From Deltaproteobacteria bacterium (lineage in GTDB: Bacteria; Myxococcota_A; UBA9160; SMWR01): a DNA stretch of 49,524 nucleotides. Location: assembly GCA_032128375.1 (NCBI GenBank), contig JAQBGU010000128.1:1-49524 (forward strand). Reading direction: 5' to 3'. The translations under genes and the position numbers were made by a program. Below the pieces are notes generated by a model, which did no database searches, was not told where the DNA came from, and was given only the letters and a program-made list of their open reading frames with translations. Numbering within the stretch: position 1 is the stretch's first letter; each line of letters begins with the position of its first letter. Below, piece by piece: positions 1 to 9,661 of this stretch.

Positions 1-41
1 ACTACCAATAGGACTAACAATAGTACTACCAATAGTACTAC
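1..41. repeat. 12-bp tandem repeat (ACTACCAATAGT, about 3.4 copies, may extend beyond window)
   Basis: actaccaatagg/actaacaatagt/actaccaatagt/actac, immediately 5' of the GGAAGGAGG Shine-Dalgarno of pal. Confidence 0.9.
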
Positions 42-56
42 GGAAGGAGGTAAACC

Positions 57-569
57 ATGGAGTCGCGATCTTTCGCAATCGGAATCGCGGTTGTTGCATT
101 GGCAATCGTCGGGGCAGGCTGCGCCACCGACGGCACGGACAGCAGCTCGAACACAGACGACTCGATGAGCAGAGGAACCGGTACCGATTTCGACGACGGA
201 AGCTCGGGCGCGGGGTCGAGCGTCCCGTCCACGATCGGAGAACTCGAGACTGTCTATTTCGAGTACGACCAGAGCAATATTCGGTCGGATTCGGCTGAAA
301 CGCTGCGCGCGAACGCCGCTCTGATCAAAAATAACGATCGCTGGGGCAAGATCGTTGTTCAGGGCAATACGGACGAAAGGGGCAGTGAAGAGTACAACCT
401 CGCGCTCGGCGAGCGCCGCGCGATGGCCGTAATGCGTTACCTCGTGGACCTCGGCGTCCCCTCCGCCCGACTCCGCACAGTGAGCTTCGGTGAGGCGACC
501 CCGGCAGTGCCCGGACACGACGAATCGGCCTATCGCTACAATCGTCGCTCGGACTTCGCTTCGAATTGA
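57..569 (+). CDS. pal: Peptidoglycan-associated lipoprotein (OmpA-like C-terminal domain)
   Basis: Strong SD (GGAGG), lipobox GAGC, motifs VYFEYD, GNTDERGSEEYNLALGERRA, VSFGE, NRR. Confidence 0.92.
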   Translation: MESRSFAIGIAVVALAIVGAGCATDGTDSSSNTDDSMSRGTGTDFDDGSSGAGSSVPSTIGELETVYFEYDQSNIRSDSAETLRANAALIKNNDRWGKIVVQGNTDERGSEEYNLALGERRAMAVMRYLVDLGVPSARLRTVSFGEATPAVPGHDESAYRYNRRSDFASN

Positions 570-661
570 GCCGAGCGGGGCGGGTTGGACACTGTTCAAT
601 TTGACCGCTCAGCGGGACTGGTGATACCGTCGGGAGTCTCCCAACTGACCGAGGTATCACC

Positions 662-2311
662 ATGTCCCCCGTTCATGGCGGCAAGCTCGCTGCCCGTGCC
701 CTCAAAGAAGCCGGCGTCGAGTGCATCTTCACACTTTCCGGCGGCCACATCATGCCGCTCTACGACGGCTGCATCGACGAGGGGATCGACATCATCGATG
801 TACGTCACGAGCAGGCTGCAGTTCACGCAGCCGACTCTTGGGCACGCTGTAACCCCGGCAAGATTGGCGTTGCGGCGATTACCGCCGGTCCCGGTGTCAC
901 CGATGGCGTCACCGGCATCGCGAACGCATGGCGCGCGAATTCGCCCATCCTGATCATCGGAGGGCAGGGCCCGTTCGACAACCTGCGGCGGGGCTCTCTG
1001 CAGGAGATGGACCACCTCGGTGTCGTCAAGCCGATCACGAAGTTCGCGGACGCCATCTACCAGACACACCGCATTCCGGAATACATCGAACTCGCGATTC
1101 GGCACGCGGTCTCAGGTACGCCCGGGCCCGCCTACCTCGAAATTCCGATGGATATTTTCATGGGTAGCGTCGAGGACGATCAGGTCAAAATTCCGAAGAT
1201 CCGAACACAGCCTCCGCGCTTGTCTCCAGATCGGGTCGAAGTCCGAGCTGCGATCGACATACTTCGAAACTGCTGTAGGCCGATGCTGATGGCTGGTACG
1301 AGCGTGAAGTGGTCCCAGGCGACGCTCGAGATGAACCGCTTCATCGCCGATACTCACATCCCTACCTACACCAACGGGATGGGGCGTGGCAGCGTGCCGC
1401 CCGATTCTCCTGAGTTCTTGAATCGATCGCGCCGCGAAGCGCTCAAGGGTATCGATTGCATTATCCTGGCGGGCACACTGCTCGATTTTCGGATGCGCTT
1501 TGGACAGACGATTCCGGAGTCCGCGAAGATCATCCAGCTCGAGATGGACGCAACGCTGATCGGCCAGAACCGACAGACTGACGTGCCGTTGGTCGGAAAC
1601 CTCTCGAATTCGTTCGAATTGCTTTCCGAGGAAATCAAGAATCAGGGTGTTTCACTCGATTTCAGCAGCTGGCGCGACGAGCTGCGCGTGATCGAAACGG
1701 CGGCCCAAGAAAAGGTGGAAGCCGCGCTGAACAGCGACGAGACACCCATTGATCCGCAGCGGATGTGCCGCGATATTCGCGATTGGCTCGATACGATGGA
1801 CAGGCCGATCGTGATCGGCGACGGCGGCGACATCGTTGCGACGGCGGCCAAAATCATCCCCGTGAAGGGCGAGGGGCTCTGGATGGATCCGGGTCCGCTC
1901 GGCACGTTAGGTGTCGGGATGCCCTTCGCATTGGCGGCCCAGAAGTCTCACCCCAACAAGCGGGTGGTGATCGTGTACGGCGACGGCTCGTTCGGGCTCA
2001 ATGGCTTCGAGTTCGACACTGCAGTGCGCCACAACCTGCCCATCATCGGTGTGCTCGGCAACGACGCTGCCTGGGGACAGATGATGCGTCCGCAGGGAGC
2101 GATCTACGGCTGGGACAGGCTGAAGGGAACGCTGCTGAACTACACCCGCTACGACAAGATCGTCGAGGCAATGGGCGGGCACGGTGAATTCGTCGAGCGC
2201 CCCGAAGATCTGCGTCCGGCGCTCGATCGCGCCGCAGCCAGCGGAAAGCCGGCGCTAGTCAACGTGATCATCCGCCAGGATCGCGAGTATGGAGGTGGCA
2301 TCTACGTCTGA
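662..2311 (+). CDS. Thiamine diphosphate-dependent enzyme (acetolactate synthase-like / 2-hydroxyacyl-CoA lyase-type)
   Basis: RHEQAAVHAA, TAGPGVT, GPLGTLGVG, ThDP motif GDGSFG...GND; no ilvN small subunit adjacent. Confidence 0.85.
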   Translation: MSPVHGGKLAARALKEAGVECIFTLSGGHIMPLYDGCIDEGIDIIDVRHEQAAVHAADSWARCNPGKIGVAAITAGPGVTDGVTGIANAWRANSPILIIGGQGPFDNLRRGSLQEMDHLGVVKPITKFADAIYQTHRIPEYIELAIRHAVSGTPGPAYLEIPMDIFMGSVEDDQVKIPKIRTQPPRLSPDRVEVRAAIDILRNCCRPMLMAGTSVKWSQATLEMNRFIADTHIPTYTNGMGRGSVPPDSPEFLNRSRREALKGIDCIILAGTLLDFRMRFGQTIPESAKIIQLEMDATLIGQNRQTDVPLVGNLSNSFELLSEEIKNQGVSLDFSSWRDELRVIETAAQEKVEAALNSDETPIDPQRMCRDIRDWLDTMDRPIVIGDGGDIVATAAKIIPVKGEGLWMDPGPLGTLGVGMPFALAAQKSHPNKRVVIVYGDGSFGLNGFEFDTAVRHNLPIIGVLGNDAAWGQMMRPQGAIYGWDRLKGTLLNYTRYDKIVEAMGGHGEFVERPEDLRPALDRAAASGKPALVNVIIRQDREYGGGIYV

Positions 2312-2338
2312 TCGCGCATCAGATGTGGCGCCGCCAGC

Positions 2339-5221
2339 TTGGTCCGGTGTGTTTTGAGTTGGCCCAAGGTCGAGAAGCGTTCGCCCGCCGACCTCGGGAT
2401 CGACGTGGATGCACTCGCTCGTTTCGTGGATGCGACCGGGGCGCTGGCCATCGTCGACCTCGAGACGACGGGCCTGTCGGACGATCCAGCTGCGGAAATT
2501 CTCGAATTCGGCGCGCTGCTCATCGACCCGGGTGTGCGTGCGATCACGACGGTTGAGAGTCTGGTTCGCCCGCGTGGCTCTATCCCGCTGGTGATCCAGC
2601 AGCTGACCGGCTTGACGGACGTCGATGTTGTCGGGGTGCCGCGCATCCTCGAACTCGCGCCGGCGATTGCGTCGCTGCTTGTGGGCAGGACTTTGGTTGC
2701 GCACAACGCGGATTTCGAGCGCTCATTTCTCAGCCGTTTCGTAGCGAGTGCGTTGGCCGAGAACGACTACTTGGACACGCAAGACCTGTTGTCGATCACC
2801 CATCCCGACTCGGCCGATCTGCGCCTCGCGACTTTCAGCCGCGAGCTGCTCTCGCGGGAAGAACGGCATCGCGCTCTATCCGACGCCCTCGACGTGCTCG
2901 GGGTGATGTCCGCCGTTGGCGTCGGTGTTCGATCCGGCGAACGCCGCTACACGATTGCGCGCTTGGCGCTGGAAAACTACGCGCCAGAGTCCGCGTGGCT
3001 CCCGCTGCTGGTTGGCGAAACGCTGGCCGCCGTGGCTCCGCCGCCCAGCCAGTACGCACAGCTCGATCCGACCAGCGAGTCCCCGGTGCCATTCGATGAG
3101 GATCGCATCGCGGAGGTCTTGGCCGACGCCGAGCGCGGACGCCGCTATTTTCCGAACTATCGGGTGCGCAGTCAGCAGATCGAATTGGCGCGACACTTTG
3201 TTCGCATCATGAAGGTCGGCGGTCGCTTGTTGCTCGAAGGCGGCACCGGAGTCGGGAAGTCGCTCGCCTATCTTGCCGCGGCGATTCCGTACGCGATGCA
3301 GCGGGCCGCCAGCGGCGAACGTGAACCGATCGTAATTTCGACGCGCACGAAATTGCTGCAGGACCAACTGCTGAACAAGGATATTCCCGCCGCCGCGGCA
3401 ATGCTGGGCTATCCAGAATTGAAGGCAATGTCTATCAAGGGCAGAGCCAACTATGTCTGCTCGCGGCGCCTGGCTGTTGTGCTGAGCGAAGGCCGCGAGC
3501 CCCGGATCTTCCCTGAAGACCGACTCGCCTATGCGGCGCTCGCCGCATCTGCGGGAATTCGCCGCCACGGCGAGGTCGGCAAGCTGCCCGGTGGCCTGTT
3601 GTACCGCTATCCACCGCTGCGGCAGCTGGTGCGGCAATCGGTCGCCACGCGTGCGGAACAGTGTACCCGTGAGCAGTGCGCGATGGAACGAGATTGTCCA
3701 TTCGGCCAGCGCAGGGCTGCGCTAGCCGGCGCCAACCTGGTCGTCGCCAACCACGACCTGCTGCTGCTATGGCCCCCCGACTATCCGAACTTCTTCGACG
3801 TGATCATCGATGAAGCCCACGAACTGGCGGGGGTGGTCGACGAGGCATTCGCGATCGTAGTTCGGCCGCCCGATGTGCTCGAGCGCATCGACGAATTGTT
3901 CGGCCGGGCAGCAGATGGACGGCGTGGCGGGGGCTTGTTGGGTCGAGGCAGCTTCCTCGAAGACAGTCCGAGCGGAGGCATCGGTAGTGAGTCGGCAGAC
4001 GTTCGCAGCTGGCGTCGCGGCCTCGAGCAGGATTTCGCGGCGCTGGGCCGGAATCTCGCCAAAGGCGCCAGCGAGTTCGGCGAGATTCAACTCCCCGCCT
4101 ACGCGGACCGGATCTTCCCCGAAGCCGCGGACCTGGCACTGATGGCGGCCGAGCGCGTGACGGCGGCAGCCGATACCGCGGACCGCATTGCAGCGGCGCG
4201 GGGCAAAGACGAAGATGAGATGTTGGCGATCTCGCGTGTGGTCAGCGAGCTGCGCGACGCGGCCGATGCACTTCGCGGGGCTTTCGCGGATGGAGACCTC
4301 GACGCGGTCGCGGCGTTCGAGGATCTCGCCCCGCCATTCGATCGCTGGCAGTTGGTGGTGCGGGCTGTTGCCCCAGCAGATGCGTTTCACGAGCGCTTTG
4401 CGCAAAAACTTCAAACGCTCAGTTGCGTTTCCGCGAGCCTGTTCATCGAAAACGACCCCTTCGCAGCGGTGGGTGAACTCGAACTGGAGCGTCACGGCGA
4501 ACCTCGCGTCGAGCACGTGACCGTCGAGAGTCCGTTTCCGTACGACCGACATATGCGCGTGGTAGCGATGAATGGCACAGGGGACCTGGTCGTGCAGACA
4601 GCCGAGGTGCTCGCCGAACTGGCGCGGTTGCTTTCCGGTCGGACACTCGGCCTGTTTACGAGCCTGCGTCGGATGCGTGATGTCCGCGACCTCTTGTCGG
4701 ATATTCTGCAAGGCGAGGGGTACGAAATTTTGATGCCACAGCGGGCAACCGACGACCCGGCCGCGTTGGTCGAGCGATTTGCTCGGTCGGGGGGACGCAG
4801 CGTGCTGCTCGGCGCACGGACCTTTTGGCAGGGACTCGATATCCCCGGGTCTGCGCTGCAGGCGGTGGTGATCGAGAAGCTTCCGTTCGAAGTTCCAACG
4901 GAATTGCGTCGTCGTCGGGAGGCGCGCATCAAGGCAGCCGGAGAGGACAGCTTCGATCGTTACACGATGGGCAAGATGCTTTTGAATCTCAAGCAGATGT
5001 CAGGTCGGCTGATTCGTACCGAGGACGATCGGGGTCTTGTGGTGATCGTCGAAGGCCGCACGGATCGTCGCTACTTCGCCCGGCTTCGCGAAGCCTTCCC
5101 ATCTGCTACTGAAATCGAAGTCGGCCGGCGCAGTGATCTGACCGAGCTGCTCAGGCAGGTTGGGATACCACCGATTGAATCACCCGCAGCCGGGATCAAA
5201 GTTCTGACGGCACCAGAGTGA
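2339..5221 (+). CDS. dinG: DnaQ-like 3'-5' exonuclease fused to DinG-family helicase
   Basis: ExoI VDLETTG, ExoII AHNADFE, ExoIII HRALSD; Q motif R.QQ, Walker A GTGVGKS, DEAH, motif VI QMSGRLIR; exact start uncertain (2339 or 2354). Confidence 0.88.
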   Translation: MVRCVLSWPKVEKRSPADLGIDVDALARFVDATGALAIVDLETTGLSDDPAAEILEFGALLIDPGVRAITTVESLVRPRGSIPLVIQQLTGLTDVDVVGVPRILELAPAIASLLVGRTLVAHNADFERSFLSRFVASALAENDYLDTQDLLSITHPDSADLRLATFSRELLSREERHRALSDALDVLGVMSAVGVGVRSGERRYTIARLALENYAPESAWLPLLVGETLAAVAPPPSQYAQLDPTSESPVPFDEDRIAEVLADAERGRRYFPNYRVRSQQIELARHFVRIMKVGGRLLLEGGTGVGKSLAYLAAAIPYAMQRAASGEREPIVISTRTKLLQDQLLNKDIPAAAAMLGYPELKAMSIKGRANYVCSRRLAVVLSEGREPRIFPEDRLAYAALAASAGIRRHGEVGKLPGGLLYRYPPLRQLVRQSVATRAEQCTREQCAMERDCPFGQRRAALAGANLVVANHDLLLLWPPDYPNFFDVIIDEAHELAGVVDEAFAIVVRPPDVLERIDELFGRAADGRRGGGLLGRGSFLEDSPSGGIGSESADVRSWRRGLEQDFAALGRNLAKGASEFGEIQLPAYADRIFPEAADLALMAAERVTAAADTADRIAAARGKDEDEMLAISRVVSELRDAADALRGAFADGDLDAVAAFEDLAPPFDRWQLVVRAVAPADAFHERFAQKLQTLSCVSASLFIENDPFAAVGELELERHGEPRVEHVTVESPFPYDRHMRVVAMNGTGDLVVQTAEVLAELARLLSGRTLGLFTSLRRMRDVRDLLSDILQGEGYEILMPQRATDDPAALVERFARSGGRSVLLGARTFWQGLDIPGSALQAVVIEKLPFEVPTELRRRREARIKAAGEDSFDRYTMGKMLLNLKQMSGRLIRTEDDRGLVVIVEGRTDRRYFARLREAFPSATEIEVGRRSDLTELLRQVGIPPIESPAAGIKVLTAPE

Positions 5222-5297
5222 CGCTCGCAACCCGGTGGCGCTCGGGACCTGTTATCCGCGGCGTCGAGCCGGTAGGGTCTGTCCCGGGAGCGATCGA

Positions 5298-6062
5298 GTG
5301 ACGGGATCGATTGCAGAATCGGGAGAAGAGGGTCTGGACGACGTTCGAGTCGCGCTCGTAACAGGTGGCGGCACTGGGATCGGTGCTGCCTGCTGCCGCG
5401 CTCTGGCAGCCGAAGGTCACCGTGTGGTGGTTCACTATCGTTCCAGCGAGGAAAGCGCCCTGAAACTGGTTGCCGAACTTCCGGATGCGCTCGCGGTTCG
5501 GGCCGATCTGGCCACCGAGGCGGGTGTCGATGAGTTGATCGCCGACCTCAAGCAAAAGACCAGGCGGGTCGACGTGCTGGTGAATAACGCTGGGTTCAAC
5601 GTCAACGCACCGATGCTCGCGATGAAGCTCGAAGATTACGATCGGGTGGCAGCTGTGGCGCGAGGCACCTGGTATCTGACGAAGTTGGTGTTGCGTCGAT
5701 TCATGCTGAAAAAAGGCTGGGGCCGCATCATCAACATGACGAGCGTCGTCGGACATACCGGCAACCCCGGGCAGATTCCGTACACCATGGTCAAGGCCGG
5801 TCTCGACGCGTTCACGAAATCGCTCGCACAAGAACTGAGCGGCCGGGACATCCTGGTCAATGCGGTGGCTCCGGGCTTCATCGACACGGACATGACTGGC
5901 GATCTCCCCGATGAGGTTCGGGATTCGATTCTGGCTCGGATCCCACAGGGCCGCATGGGGAGGCCGGAAGAGATCGCCGACGTCGTTGCGTACCTTGCGA
6001 CCCGCGCAAGCTACATCAACGGGACGGTGCTCCACGTCAATGGCGGAATGTTCGGCGGGTAG
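5298..6062 (+). CDS. fabG: 3-oxoacyl-ACP reductase (SDR family)
   Basis: TGGGTGIG, VNNAG, GNPGQ.PY...K, NAVAPGFIDTDMT, VNGGM; GTG start chosen from upstream GGGAG. Confidence 0.82.
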   Translation: MTGSIAESGEEGLDDVRVALVTGGGTGIGAACCRALAAEGHRVVVHYRSSEESALKLVAELPDALAVRADLATEAGVDELIADLKQKTRRVDVLVNNAGFNVNAPMLAMKLEDYDRVAAVARGTWYLTKLVLRRFMLKKGWGRIINMTSVVGHTGNPGQIPYTMVKAGLDAFTKSLAQELSGRDILVNAVAPGFIDTDMTGDLPDEVRDSILARIPQGRMGRPEEIADVVAYLATRASYINGTVLHVNGGMFGG

Positions 6063-6081
6063 CCCGCGCGTTCGAACCGAC

Positions 6082-8559
6082 ATGCCCCTTGTCGCGCTTC
6101 TCATGCTGTTCTTTTGCTCCGGTGTCGCCGCGCTTTGTTACGAAGTCGTCTGGATCCGCCTGCTGTCGCTGACGCTATCGATCACCGTCTATGCACTGAC
6201 GACCGTGCTGTGCGCCTTCATGGGCGGAATGGGCCTCGGAGCTGCGTTGGCAGCGCGACTGGCAGATCGGTTGCGTCGACCGTTACTGGTGTTCGGGTTG
6301 GCCGAACTCGGGATCGCGGTCGCTGGCCTGACGGTTCCTTCGGTGTTATTCGGGTTGGGGCCCGCGTATATCTGGTTGCAGGATACGTTTGGCACCCAAG
6401 GCGTGGCATTCGTGGTCGGTCGATTTGCGCTCGCATTCTCGGTGCTGATGGTTCCGGCGACACTGATGGGTACCACGCTGCCATTTCTGAGCCGAATCGC
6501 GATCGGCGATGAGCGAGAGGCGGGGCGCGGCGCGGGAGCACTCTATGCGGCCAATACGCTCGGTGCTGTGGGTGGTGCGGTTTTGGCTGGCTTCGTGTTG
6601 ATTCCGACGCTGGGTCTGACAGCGACCAGTTGGACGGCCGCGGCGCTCAACATCGTAATCGGCAGCCTGGCGATCGTCGTCGGCTGGAACAAGACGGTGG
6701 AACCGGCTGTTTCGACCGACGCTTCCGGCCCGGTCGAACACCAGGCGATGTCACGAGCCGCGCGACTCGCGGTGCTCGCATTTGGTGTTTCGGGCTTCAC
6801 CGCGATGGGCTACGAGCTGTTGTGGACGCGATCCCTCGAGCACTTCACTCACAACTCGACTTACGCCTACAGCGCGATGCTCGCGACGTTTCTGGCGGGC
6901 ATTGGATTGGGCAGCGCTTTGATGGCTCGGGCTGCCGATCGGATGCGGCGTCCGCTGCTGGGGTTGGCGGTCGTGCAGCTCGCGATCGGCATCACGGTCG
7001 TGGTAGCGCTGCAGATCTTCATGACCTTCGAAACGCTGGTGCCAGAGATGGCGCGTGCGCTCGGTGGGATCGACTCCTGGGGGAAGGTCGTCGCCTTGAT
7101 CTTCAGCGAGGCCGGCCTCACGATGTTCGCTACGACGCTGTGTTTCGGTGCGACCTTTCCGCTGGTGGCACGCATCGTAGTGGACTCGATCGCGTCGCTG
7201 GGCAACCGGATTGGTTTGGCTTACGTAGCCAATACGCTGGGGTCGATCCTGGGGTCGTTCGGAATTGGCTTCCTGGTGCTTCCGTGGTTGGGAATGCGCG
7301 GAACCTTCGTCGCATTGATCGTGATGAACCTGTCGCTCGCGGCTCTGCTCGGATTGAGTTCGGGGGGTCGCGTAGGTGGGCGGCTGGTTGCGGCACTGGG
7401 TGCCGTTGCGATCGCAGCGACGTTCCTGCTGATCCCGCCGAATTTTGTCGAGGCGCAGTTTCAGTCGCGCTTCGGGGAACTGCTTTTCTATCGAGAGGAA
7501 ATCACCGACACCATCATGGTGACCGAATCGGCCGATGGGGAGCGCATGATTCGCTACGCAGATGGCCGCGGTACGGCGGGCACCTGGACCGCGTTCGAAG
7601 ATCGGATGTACGCCCACATCCCGATGATGCTGCACGCGAATCCGAAGTGGATCCTGCAGATCGGCTTCGGTGTTGGCAACACCCTCGCCTCGGTCGCGAA
7701 GTACCCGATCGAGAAGGCGACGTGTATCGAACTGAGCCCGGGTGTCGCAGACGCAGCGCCGTTTTTCCGAAAGACCAACCACGATGTTTTGGAAGATCCC
7801 CGGGTCGAGCTGGTCACCAATGATGGTCGCAACTTCCTGATGGCTACCCATGAGCGCTTCGATGTGATCCGATCGGATCCGCCCGAGCTGCACACAGCGG
7901 GTGTCGTGAATCTGTATACCAGGGAGTTCTACGAAATGGCTCGCGCTCATCTGAGGCCGGGCGGGATCTTCAGCATCTGGGTGAATACCGTGTTTACGCC
8001 CGAGGAAGATTTGGCGAAGCTCGCCAATACCTTTGCTGAGGTATTCCCACACGTGTCGGTCTGGACCGGGCCGGCCGCATACTCCTGGGTGTTCAACGGC
8101 AGCATGGAACCCCACGATCCGGATCTAGAGCGCTTGATCGAACGCTTCGAAATGGATGCGGTTCGCGAGGACCTGGTCACGGTCGGAATCGCCAACCCCT
8201 TCTATTTCACCGCCCACTTCGTGTTCGGACGCGAGGGGCTGGCGGCGTTCGCCGGCGACGCACCGCTTGTCACCGATGACCACACCCAGTTGGATTTCTC
8301 TACGCCGAAGTCGGCGGATTCGTTCTTTGGAATTGCGAACGTGAACACCGATCACTGGCTCGTCCAGCTGATCGCGCCCGGAGCGGAATACAACGTCGCT
8401 GACGCAACGTTCATGAGGAAGATTCGGCAGCTCGCGAAGTACAAGCGTCCAGTCTTTCCATTCATTCGCAACATCGAGGCCGCCGGCTTCGATCCCGCCG
8501 AAGTCGAGGCGTACCTCGAGGCGCCCCAGAAGACCCCGGTGCCAACACCTGCGGGGTAA
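6082..8559 (+). CDS. Fused MFS-like membrane domain / spermidine synthase-like SAM-dependent domain protein
   Basis: Two repeated membrane modules (SG..AL.YEVVW.R...Y.ANTLG), C-terminal Rossmann domain IGFGVG, DGRNFL, FDVI..DPP, LYTREFY. Confidence 0.85.
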   Translation: MPLVALLMLFFCSGVAALCYEVVWIRLLSLTLSITVYALTTVLCAFMGGMGLGAALAARLADRLRRPLLVFGLAELGIAVAGLTVPSVLFGLGPAYIWLQDTFGTQGVAFVVGRFALAFSVLMVPATLMGTTLPFLSRIAIGDEREAGRGAGALYAANTLGAVGGAVLAGFVLIPTLGLTATSWTAAALNIVIGSLAIVVGWNKTVEPAVSTDASGPVEHQAMSRAARLAVLAFGVSGFTAMGYELLWTRSLEHFTHNSTYAYSAMLATFLAGIGLGSALMARAADRMRRPLLGLAVVQLAIGITVVVALQIFMTFETLVPEMARALGGIDSWGKVVALIFSEAGLTMFATTLCFGATFPLVARIVVDSIASLGNRIGLAYVANTLGSILGSFGIGFLVLPWLGMRGTFVALIVMNLSLAALLGLSSGGRVGGRLVAALGAVAIAATFLLIPPNFVEAQFQSRFGELLFYREEITDTIMVTESADGERMIRYADGRGTAGTWTAFEDRMYAHIPMMLHANPKWILQIGFGVGNTLASVAKYPIEKATCIELSPGVADAAPFFRKTNHDVLEDPRVELVTNDGRNFLMATHERFDVIRSDPPELHTAGVVNLYTREFYEMARAHLRPGGIFSIWVNTVFTPEEDLAKLANTFAEVFPHVSVWTGPAAYSWVFNGSMEPHDPDLERLIERFEMDAVREDLVTVGIANPFYFTAHFVFGREGLAAFAGDAPLVTDDHTQLDFSTPKSADSFFGIANVNTDHWLVQLIAPGAEYNVADATFMRKIRQLAKYKRPVFPFIRNIEAAGFDPAEVEAYLEAPQKTPVPTPAG

Positions 8560-8593
8560 TGGCCCCGACCCAAGAGCAAATGGCGGCCGCCTG

Positions 8594-9478
8594 CTAATCG
8601 CCACCGTAGAGAATCGCGTGTACGGCGCGAATGCGCTGGTACAGGTCGAGTCCCGGTATCGACGCGAGCGCGGCTGGGGTTGGCACGATACGCGGCGCGC
8701 GCGGCGTGAAATCGAAACAGCGTCGTGAGCTGTCACTGGCGGTCGAGTCGAGCACGACCTCGGTAGCCTGGGCGGCCAGCTGCTCCTGGGTAATTTCCAT
8801 TCGCGCGACCCCGAGCTGGTGGAAACTGTTCTCGGCACCCGCGAGTTCGAGGATTTCGTGGGCCATCCCCGAGCCCCCGATGACGGCCAGCGGATCACAC
8901 CCGACCAGCCAAACGACAGTCAGCCTCGAGTTTCCATCTCGCCGGCCCGCTAGTTCGGAGATCGCCCTGGTTTGCGCGGCGGCGACAGATATCGCCCGCG
9001 TCGGTCGCTCGAGCAGGTCCCCGAGCCGATGGGTCACGGAGATGACGGCGTCCGCGTCCCTCGGATCAAACAGGTGGACGACGACTCCGCGCTCCTCGAG
9101 TGCTGCTGCGAAGTCTCGGGCGCGCGGTGTGGCCAACCCGACCACGAGGTCGGGTCTCGATGCCAACGCATCGCCGACGGCAGCTGATTCCAGCGCTCCG
9201 AGGCTCACGACGGTGCCCAGGCCGGGCAGCGCGCGCGACGCCGAGTCGGCTGCGACGATCTCGAAGCCTGCACCCAGCTCCACTAGCAGCTGGCTGACCG
9301 AGGCTGACAGCGACACGATCCGCCTGCGTGCCGGCGAGACTTCGGACCCTGTCTCCGTGGGGTCACTCTTCGTCGGGCTGCAACCAAGCGCAACGAATAC
9401 GACGAGCCCCACACACAGGATGCGCCAGCGGAGAGGACGGTTCGCCGCGACTCGGGCCGCACGACGGGTGGGACACAA
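8594..9478 (-). CDS. Helical-backbone (BtuF/FepB-type) ABC substrate-binding lipoprotein for cobalamin or an iron complex
   Basis: Lipobox ALGC, RRIVSLS.S..LL.ELG, RPDLVV, EILELAGAEN; start uncertain (TTG 9478 assumed); the ORF-track extension to 9916 overlaps the divergent gene. Confidence 0.72.
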   Translation of the reverse strand: MCPTRRAARVAANRPLRWRILCVGLVVFVALGCSPTKSDPTETGSEVSPARRRIVSLSASVSQLLVELGAGFEIVAADSASRALPGLGTVVSLGALESAAVGDALASRPDLVVGLATPRARDFAAALEERGVVVHLFDPRDADAVISVTHRLGDLLERPTRAISVAAAQTRAISELAGRRDGNSRLTVVWLVGCDPLAVIGGSGMAHEILELAGAENSFHQLGVARMEITQEQLAAQATEVVLDSTASDSSRRCFDFTPRAPRIVPTPAALASIPGLDLYQRIRAVHAILYGGD

Positions 9479-9533
9479 GGACCGCCCGAGCAGCTTGCGG
9501 CGACAACCGAATCGAATGTGCACATCGCAAGAG

Positions 9534-9542
9534 TGGTACAAT
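9534..9542 (+). promoter_or_regulatory. Putative extended -10 element (TGgTACAAT)
   Basis: Matches TGnTAnAAT upstream of the 9662 gene; palindrome ATGTGCACAT at 9516-9525 just upstream. Confidence 0.4.
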
Positions 9543-9592
9543 GGCCCGAATTCCTCAAACGGTGACCGCCGACTCCGAAGACACCGCGTTTC

Positions 9593-9623
9593 GAACAAAT
9601 GAACAAATGAACAAATGAACAAG
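9593..9623. repeat. 8-bp tandem repeat (GAACAAAT, about 3.9 copies)
   Basis: gaacaaat gaacaaat gaacaaat gaacaag in the 5' region of the 9662 gene. Confidence 0.9.
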
Positions 9624-9661
9624 GTAATTGGTGATTGCGGGGTCCCGGTTTGCGAGGTGCG

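Noticed and set aside
6751..8115. 454-aa minus-strand ORF (and the 397-aa alternative + frame at 6630-7823)
   Set aside because: Shadow frames of the MFS/spermidine-synthase fusion with Arg/His-rich non-protein-like composition.
9480..9660. Cobalamin riboswitch upstream of the BtuF-like gene
   Set aside because: No B12-box or conserved GGGAA/GCCACTG elements recognisable on either strand.
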